Below are positions 58,082 through 64,000 of a DNA stretch of 64,000 nucleotides, one piece after another (within the stretch, counting starts at the first letter, position 1; every line of letters begins with the position of its first letter). A program made the translations under genes and the position numbers. The stretch spans positions 27,436 through 91,435 of the forward strand of contig CALXVT010000002.1 of NCBI GenBank assembly GCA_944392175.1, written 5' to 3'. This stretch comes from an uncultured Clostridia bacterium. GTDB lineage: Bacteria > Bacillota > Clostridia > TANB77 > CAG-508. The notes under the pieces were generated by a model. The model was not told where the DNA came from. It worked only from the letters and a program-made list of their open reading frames with translations, and made no database searches.

Positions 58082-58114
58082 ATGCCTATCATATAGAGAT
58101 TTAGGAGGTTTATT

Positions 58115-59881
58115 ATGGAAAAGTACAGAACACACACATGTGGAGACATCACTTTAGAAGATGTTGGCAAAAAAGTAAAAATTGCAGGATTTGTGCAAAC
58201 AATTCGTGATTTAGGAGGTCTTGTATTCTTAGATATTCGTGATATGTATGGAATTACACAAGTTGTAACTTCTGCAGAATCTAATATTGTAGATTTTGCA
58301 TCACATATACCTATCGAATCTTCTGTATCTGTGGAAGGTGTAGTTAGAAAAAGAAGTGAAGACACAATAAACGAAAAAATTAAAACAGGTCTTGTTGAAA
58401 TTTACATTGATGAAATTAAAATATTAGGAAAAAGAACTGCAGATTTACCATTTGAAGTAAATACAGATCAAGAAGTTAGAGAAGATTTAAGACTAAAATA
58501 TCGTTATTTAGATTTAAGAAATGATAAATTGAAATCAAATATAATTTTACGTAGTAAAGTTATCCAATTTTTAAGAGAAGAAATGATAAAACAAGGATTT
58601 TTAGAGGTTCAAACACCAATACTTACAAGTTCTTCTCCAGAAGGTGCACGTGATTATTTAGTACCAAGTAGATTACATGAAGGAAGATTTTATGCCCTTC
58701 CACAAGCACCACAACAATTTAAACAATTATTAATGGTTTCTGGTTTTGATAAATATTTCCAAATTGCACCTTGTTTTAGAGATGAAGATGCAAGAGCTGA
58801 CCGTGCTCCTGGTGAATTTTATCAATTAGATATGGAAATGAGTTATGCTACACAAGAAGATGTATTTTCTGTTATTGAACCAGTAATTTATAATACATTT
58901 ACAAAATTTTCTGATAAGAAAGTAGCAGAATATCCATTCCCTAGAATAACATATAAAGAAGCTATGCTTAAATATGGTTCTGACAAACCAGATTTAAGAA
59001 ATCCATTAGTAATAGTTGATGTTACAGATATTTTTGAAGACGAAAGTGTAACATTAAACGCTTTTAAAGGAAAATTAGTTAGAACAATTGCTGCACACGA
59101 TGTAGCAGATCAGCCAAGAAGCTTTTTTGAAGGAATGACAGATTATGCAATGAAAGAATGTAAAGCTAAAGGTCTTGCTTGGCTTCGTGTATTAGAAGAT
59201 GGTACATTCCAAGGACCTATTGCTAAATTTATACCGGATAATGCAAGAGAAGAAATGTTAAAAAGGACAGATTCAAAACCGGGTGACTGCTTATTCTTTA
59301 TTGCTGAAACTCCAAAAATTGTTAATACTTTATCTGGTGAAATTAGAGCTGAACTTGGAAAACGTTTAGGTTTAATAGATGAAAACATTTTCAAATTCTG
59401 TTGGATTGTTGATTTTCCAATGTATGAATTAGATGAACATGGAAATATCGCTTTTAGCCATAATCCATTCTCTATGCCACAAGGTGGCTTAGAAGCTTTA
59501 AATACTAAAAATCCATTAGATGTAATTGCATATCAATATGATATTGTTTGTAATGGTATAGAATTATCTTCTGGAGCAGTTAGAAATCATGATATTGATA
59601 TTATGCTTAAAGCTTTTGAAATTGCTGGTTATACTAAAGACCAAGTAAAAGAAAGATTTGGTGCTTTATATACTGCATTCCAATATGGTGCTCCCCCACA
59701 TGCTGGTGTAGCCCCTGGAATTGATAGAATGATTATGCTTCTTACAGGAGCTGAAAATATTCGTGAAGTTATAGCTTTCCCATTAAATAGTAAAGCTCAA
59801 GATTTAATGATGGGAGCACCTGGATATGTTTCAAGAGATCAATTAAGAGATATTCATATTAGAATTGAAAAAAGTAAATAA
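58115..59881 (+). CDS. aspS: aspartate--tRNA ligase (probably non-discriminating, given the gatCAB context)
   Basis: 588 aa class IIb aaRS. Motifs FYALPQAPQQFKQLLM, FRDEDARADR, GEFYQLDMEMSY, GIDRMIMLL. Confidence 0.95.
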   Translation: MEKYRTHTCGDITLEDVGKKVKIAGFVQTIRDLGGLVFLDIRDMYGITQVVTSAESNIVDFASHIPIESSVSVEGVVRKRSEDTINEKIKTGLVEIYIDEIKILGKRTADLPFEVNTDQEVREDLRLKYRYLDLRNDKLKSNIILRSKVIQFLREEMIKQGFLEVQTPILTSSSPEGARDYLVPSRLHEGRFYALPQAPQQFKQLLMVSGFDKYFQIAPCFRDEDARADRAPGEFYQLDMEMSYATQEDVFSVIEPVIYNTFTKFSDKKVAEYPFPRITYKEAMLKYGSDKPDLRNPLVIVDVTDIFEDESVTLNAFKGKLVRTIAAHDVADQPRSFFEGMTDYAMKECKAKGLAWLRVLEDGTFQGPIAKFIPDNAREEMLKRTDSKPGDCLFFIAETPKIVNTLSGEIRAELGKRLGLIDENIFKFCWIVDFPMYELDEHGNIAFSHNPFSMPQGGLEALNTKNPLDVIAYQYDIVCNGIELSSGAVRNHDIDIMLKAFEIAGYTKDQVKERFGALYTAFQYGAPPHAGVAPGIDRMIMLLTGAENIREVIAFPLNSKAQDLMMGAPGYVSRDQLRDIHIRIEKSK

Positions 59882-59887
59882 TTTTAG

Positions 59888-59923
59888 AAAAGAATATAGA
59901 TTTATCTTCTATATTCTTTTTTG
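59888..59923 (+). terminator. aspS terminator
   Basis: Stem aaagaatataga/tctatattcttt, then a T-run. Confidence 0.75.
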
Positions 59924-59994
59924 TTGAATAATTCATATTTTTATTGTATAATAATTATGGTAACTAAAGGCATTGCTTTTGATGGAGGTATATT

Positions 59995-60291
59995 ATGGAA
60001 CGGTTAATTCCAGCAAGAGATGACAAAGGAATTTTTCTTCAATTTAATAGAAAAGAAGGAGACATTTTCATATTTGATATCTGTTCATATGATCCTTTGT
60101 TAAACTCTACCGCGACAGTTGGTTTCGCCATATATAATTCTATAACTAAAAAAACTTGTTTATCAAATTTACCCATAGTATCAGATAAAGATAAGTGTAC
60201 TAGTGATAAACCTCCAGAATACTTTACTAATAGTTTAATAAAATATGGCGAAATGTTAAAAGATGTATACTCTGTCGAAACACTCCCCTGA
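59995..60291 (+). CDS. orphan 98-aa protein
   Basis: Consensus promoter TTGAAT-17-TATAAT directly upstream, RBS GGAGG. Terminator ctcccc/ggggag overlaps the stop. Confidence 0.55.
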   Translation: MERLIPARDDKGIFLQFNRKEGDIFIFDICSYDPLLNSTATVGFAIYNSITKKTCLSNLPIVSDKDKCTSDKPPEYFTNSLIKYGEMLKDVYSVETLP

Positions 60292-60310
60292 AATATGGGG
60301 AGTATTTCTA

Positions 60311-60402
60311 TTTTATTATATAGGAAAAATCATCAGATTTTTACGTATATAACAAGGCAGAAGTTATCTATGTCCGTGCGATTGCAAAGCAATCTGTACA
60401 TG
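60311..60402 (-). repeat. conserved 92-nt non-coding element R (copy 2, inverted)
   Basis: Its reverse complement aligns with 7497-7587 (see copy 1). It contains the hairpin gattgc-aaa-gcaatc and an outer stem agaagtt/aacttct. Confidence 0.8.
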
Positions 60403-60594
60403 CGGCGAAGCCAACTTCTCTTATAATATAATTTAATTTAATTTAACTTTACATTAGAAATATAATGTATTTGTATTATTTATGTAAATATGGTATAATA
60501 CATTCGTCAAATTTAGGTACTAGTCTACCTCTAAAATGTAACTATTGTATTTTGGAGGGGCTAGCCTCCAAAAAGATTCAAAAAGGAGGATCTT

Positions 60595-60927
60595 TTGATA
60601 GAATTAAATTTAAAAGAAAAATGGATTAATCAAATGTATGAAGGTACTATTGAAACCTGGTGCTTATGGATAGAACGCGCAATTGGAACAATTCGTTCCA
60701 AAGATGAAAAAGAGATTGAAATAAATAATTATCCAGCACCGAACGGAGTAGAATATTGGCTTCGGGAACCACATCCAGAATTAAAATATATGACAGTTCG
60801 GCTGTTCTATACACAGTTACCAGATCTTGACAACTATCTTATAGCTACCTTGAAAGGTATTTTAGATAGAAACCACATAAATTTACTCAAAGCCAGTCCT
60901 CACTCTATTACACTCAGAATTTTTTGA
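60595..60927 (+). CDS. orphan 110-aa protein, G+C-elevated
   Basis: TTG start 5 nt after AAGGAGGA. Upstream TGgTATAAT promoter and a ~100-nt leader. Terminator aagcctaacaat/attgttaggctt + T6 at 60953-60988. Block 60721-60780 has 25 G+C of 60. Confidence 0.55.
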   Translation: MIELNLKEKWINQMYEGTIETWCLWIERAIGTIRSKDEKEIEINNYPAPNGVEYWLREPHPELKYMTVRLFYTQLPDLDNYLIATLKGILDRNHINLLKASPHSITLRIF

Positions 60928-61104
60928 TTAACCATTTTTCTTACATTACGAAAAAAGCCTAACAATTAACATTGTTAGGCTTTTTTACTTTATTCTAATC
61001 TGGATGAAGAAACATATTTAGATAAGTGTGACGCTCTTCTGGTTACACTCATCAAATAATTTCTCTCATCCATATTTAAATCATCCAATCGTTTCTCTTA
61101 TCTT

Positions 61105-61138
61105 AGAAGCCCTAGCAATACATATTGCTAGGGCTTCT
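61105..61138. terminator. 16-bp near-perfect palindrome between convergent genes (adhE terminator candidate)
   Basis: agaagccctagcaata / tattgctagggcttct, 64 nt past the adhE stop. T-rich only on the plus side. Confidence 0.5.
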
Positions 61139-61201
61139 TCCTTTTATTATAAAATTACTTTTTTATATAGGAATTTTAGGACTCTCCCAAAATCCCTATC
61201 C

Positions 61202-63799
61202 CTATTTTCCATAATAACTGTCTAATAGGATTTGTTTTATTTCTTTTACTAATGGTAATCTTGGATTTGCAGGTGTACATTGATCTTCAAACGCTCTATC
61301 TGCTAATTCATCTACACTGTCTAAGAATTCTTTTTCGTCTACTCCTGCTTCTTTAAATGATGCCGGAATATTTATATCTTTATTCATTTTTCTAATAGCT
61401 TTTGCTAATGAATGTACTCCCTCTTCTACTGTGTCAGCTTTTAATCCAACCATTTTAGCTATTTTAGCATATTTTTCGTCTGCCATATAATATTCATATT
61501 TTGGGAATGATGTAAATTTAGTTGGTTTACTTCCATTATATTCTACAACATATGGTAATAAAATTGCATTAATTCTACCATGTGGTAAATGGAATTTTGC
61601 TCCTAATTTATGTGCCATAGAGTGACATATTCCTAAAAATGCATTTGAAAATGCCATACCTGCCATTGTACTTGCATTATGCATTCTTTCTCTTGCATAT
61701 TTATTGTCACCGTGGTTATATGCTTCTTCTAAGTTTTCAAATACTAATTTAGCGGCTTTTTCTGCTAGTGCATCTGTATAATCTGTTGCCATATTTGATA
61801 CATATGCTTCTAATGCATGTGTTAAAACATCCATTCCTGTATCTGCTGTTAATGATTTTGGTAATGTTGATACAAAATCTGGATCTACTATTGCAACATT
61901 TGGTGTTAATTCATATGCTGTTAGTGGATATTTTTTACCTTCTTTTTTATCTGTTATAACTGCAAATGATGTAACTTCTGAACCTGTTCCAGATGTTGTA
62001 GGAATTGCTACCATTTGACATTTTTTACCTAGTTCTGGAATTTCATATGTACGTTTTCTAATATCCATAAATTTTAATTTTAATCCATCTAGATCTACAT
62101 CAGGAACTTCATATAATAGCCACATTCCTTTTGCAGCATCCATAGCAGAACCTCCACCTAATGCAATAATTACATCTGGCTCAAATTTTCTCATAGCTTC
62201 AACACCTTTTTTAACTGTGTCAAATGATGGATCTGGTTCTACATCAAAGAATATCTCAGAGTGTACATAATCTTGTCTTTTTCTTAAATGATATAAAACT
62301 TTATCAACATAACCAAATTTAACCATTGATTCATCTGTTACTATAAATGCTCTAGAAATATCTCTCATATCTTCAAGATATTTTATTGCTCCTGCTTCAA
62401 AATATATTTTCTTTGGAACTTTAAACCATTGCATATTAACTCTCCTTCTTCCCATCTTTTTAACATTTATTAAATTTTTAGCAGATACATTATCTGTTGT
62501 AGAGTTTCCTCCAAATGTACCACATCCTAATGTAAGTGATGGTGTAAATGAATTATATATATCACCAATTCCACCATGTGAAGATGGTTGATTTACAATG
62601 ATTCTACTAGCTTTTAATCTTTTACCATATTCTTTTATTACTTCTTCATTTTCTGAATGGATAGCAGCTGAATGTCCAAGACCTCCATTTTCTAATAGTT
62701 TTTCTGCCTTATCTATTCCTTCTTTACTATCTTTTACAATATAATAAGCAAGTACTGGGCTTAATTTTTCTTTAGAGAATGGGTATTCTGGTCCTACTCC
62801 TTCTTCATATACTACTAAAACTTTTGTATCTTCTGGTACTTCAAATCCAGCTTGTTTTGCAATACTATATGGACTTTGTCCTGGTATTTTAGATTGCAAT
62901 GCATATCCTTTTTCTTTATTAAACATTACTTCTTTTAATTTTTCTTTTTCTTCTGGAGATACAAAATAACATCCAGCATTTTTCATTAATTCTTCAAATT
63001 CTTTATAAATCGCTTCATCTACTATTACTGATTGTTCTGAAGCACAAATCATTCCATTATCAAAAGATTTAGATAATACTAAATCATTTACAGATGTTTT
63101 TAATTTAGCTGATTTTTCTATATAGCATGGTACATTTCCTGGTCCTACACCTAATGCTGGCTTTCCTGATGAATATGCAGCTTTAACCATTCCTGTTCCA
63201 CCTGTTGCTAAAATTAAATTTACATCTGGATGTGTCATTAATCTATTTGTAGCTTCTAAAGATGGTTCTTCAATCCATAATATACAATCTTTTGGTGCTC
63301 CTGCTTTTATTGCAGCATCTCTTAATATTTCTGCTGCTCTTTTACTACATTGTTGTGCTGATGGATGGAATCCAAATATAATTACATTTCTTGTTTTTGC
63401 AGAAATTATAGATTTAAACATAACTGTAGATGTTGGATTTGTTACTGGTGTTACACCTGCAATAATTCCAATTGGTTCTGCAATTTTTATATAATCATCT
63501 TCTTCATTTTCTTCTATTATACCAACAGTTTTTTCATTTTTAATGCTATTATATATATAATCTGTTGCAAACATGTTTTTTATAATCTTATCTTCGTAAA
63601 TACCTCTTCCAGTTTCTTCTACTGCAAGTTTTGCAAGTTCCATATGATGTTCCAAGCCTGCCATAGACATGGCTTTAATAATCTTATCTACTTGCTCTTG
63701 ATTTAGTTTCATATATTCTTTTGAAGCTTTTTTTGCCCTTTCCACTAAATCATTAATCATTTTTTCTACTTTATTGCTATCATTTTTTGTTTCAGCCAT
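61202..63799 (-). CDS. adhE: bifunctional acetaldehyde-CoA/alcohol dehydrogenase
   Basis: 865 aa. N-terminal ALDH half (FDNGMICASEQS) and C-terminal iron-ADH half (GGGSAMDAAK, HSMAHKLG). Confidence 0.95.
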   Translation of the reverse strand: MAETKNDSNKVEKMINDLVERAKKASKEYMKLNQEQVDKIIKAMSMAGLEHHMELAKLAVEETGRGIYEDKIIKNMFATDYIYNSIKNEKTVGIIEENEEDDYIKIAEPIGIIAGVTPVTNPTSTVMFKSIISAKTRNVIIFGFHPSAQQCSKRAAEILRDAAIKAGAPKDCILWIEEPSLEATNRLMTHPDVNLILATGGTGMVKAAYSSGKPALGVGPGNVPCYIEKSAKLKTSVNDLVLSKSFDNGMICASEQSVIVDEAIYKEFEELMKNAGCYFVSPEEKEKLKEVMFNKEKGYALQSKIPGQSPYSIAKQAGFEVPEDTKVLVVYEEGVGPEYPFSKEKLSPVLAYYIVKDSKEGIDKAEKLLENGGLGHSAAIHSENEEVIKEYGKRLKASRIIVNQPSSHGGIGDIYNSFTPSLTLGCGTFGGNSTTDNVSAKNLINVKKMGRRRVNMQWFKVPKKIYFEAGAIKYLEDMRDISRAFIVTDESMVKFGYVDKVLYHLRKRQDYVHSEIFFDVEPDPSFDTVKKGVEAMRKFEPDVIIALGGGSAMDAAKGMWLLYEVPDVDLDGLKLKFMDIRKRTYEIPELGKKCQMVAIPTTSGTGSEVTSFAVITDKKEGKKYPLTAYELTPNVAIVDPDFVSTLPKSLTADTGMDVLTHALEAYVSNMATDYTDALAEKAAKLVFENLEEAYNHGDNKYARERMHNASTMAGMAFSNAFLGICHSMAHKLGAKFHLPHGRINAILLPYVVEYNGSKPTKFTSFPKYEYYMADEKYAKIAKMVGLKADTVEEGVHSLAKAIRKMNKDINIPASFKEAGVDEKEFLDSVDELADRAFEDQCTPANPRLPLVKEIKQILLDSYYGK

Positions 63800-63825
63800 A
63801 AATATGCCTCCTTAATATATTAATT

Positions 63826-63851
63826 CAATTTTAATAATATATTATTAAAAT
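63826..63851. promoter_or_regulatory. perfect 26-bp A/T palindrome in the adhE leader
   Basis: AATTTTAATAATA|TATTATTAAAATT verified base by base. It lies 27-52 nt upstream of the adhE ATG, just upstream of the AAGGAGG RBS. Confidence 0.4.
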
Positions 63852-63912
63852 TGTAAAGTCAATAGAAAGCATCTATTTTTATGTGACAATATTTGCTATT
63901 TTTCATAGCAGA

Positions 63913-63997
63913 ACAAATCTCGCTTCGCGAGAACTTTTCTCTACTTTTTTAATTTAACTATTTATATTTAAGTTCTCGAAGAAGCGTAAAGATTTGT
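63913..63997. repeat. large-loop hairpin element H (copy 2): ACAAATCT-CGCTTCGCGAGAAC ... GTTCTCGAAGAAGCG-TAAAGATTTGT
   Basis: Interrupted inverted repeat (8+6+8 paired positions) read directly. The outer arms match copy 1 at 7378-7443. Confidence 0.5.
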
Positions 63998-64000
63998 AGA

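Noticed and set aside
7497-60402. The inverted R copies might delimit a 53-kb composite mobile element or invertible segment
   Set aside because: The interval is full of core genes (spo0A, gatCAB, aspS, rpsT, hslO, rpiB). It contains no transposase or intact recombinase, and the repeats are only about 84% identical. An occasional inversion between them cannot be excluded, but a mobile element is not supported.
60385-60455. Apparent similarity between the region distal to R copy 2 and the hairpin element at 63905-63975
   Set aside because: The shared strings (aactt.tct, ttaatttaact) are short and A/T-rich, and they need gaps to align. The similarity could be chance, so it is not counted as a third copy.
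1-64000. Scan for CRISPR arrays, tRNA/rRNA genes, IS elements and known defence gene sets (RM, BREX, CBASS, retron RT, Gabija/Septu-type ATPases)
   Set aside because: No spaced direct-repeat arrays, cloverleaf-like G+C-rich RNAs, transposase ORFs or recognisable defence signature motifs were seen by eye. The only mobility trace is the integrase relic at 33408-33660.

Overview
AT-rich chromosomal segment from a spore-forming, Clostridia-like Firmicute. Markers are spo0A, a spoIVFA/FB-like pair, yyaC and sigV-rsiV-pdaV. Most genes are on the minus strand and are housekeeping or envelope genes: ruvA, rarA, natAB-like ABC exporter, P-type ATPase, two-component system, hslO, rpiB, rpsT, gatCAB, aspS behind a T-box, and adhE. 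No rRNA, tRNA, CRISPR array or intact mobile element was seen. The most unusual locus is a translationally coupled three-gene operon (7948-17376, minus). It is headed by a 2,877-aa protein with no signal peptide or TM segment. That protein has about 1,900 aa of degenerate helical repeats, an unrecognised core with a degenerate kinase-like loop, and a C-terminal calcineurin-type metallophosphoesterase. Two small orphan ORFs follow it. Other notable items:
- Three G+C-elevated orphan-gene islets (about 7.4-7.9 kb, 26.05-27.5 kb, 59.9-61.1 kb). Two of them carry an inverted, roughly 84%-identical 91-92-nt non-coding element just past the ORF terminators.
- A convergent sRNA / 29-aa peptide module resembling a type I toxin-antitoxin locus, next to an integrase relic downstream of spo0A.
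- An aspS T-box whose candidate specifier looks like Asn (AAC) rather than Asp.
- A GT4 (WecA/MraY-like) transferase fused to rubredoxin, followed by a free rubredoxin gene.
- A thioester-type adhesin with TKMA in place of TQxA and a sorting signal that stops straight after LPKTGM.
- A single-base frameshift in an M14 peptidase.
- A 15-bp x ~12 tandem repeat encoding (PENPD)n in an LPXTG protein.
All calls come from reading the sequence and the ORF track. No database search was run.
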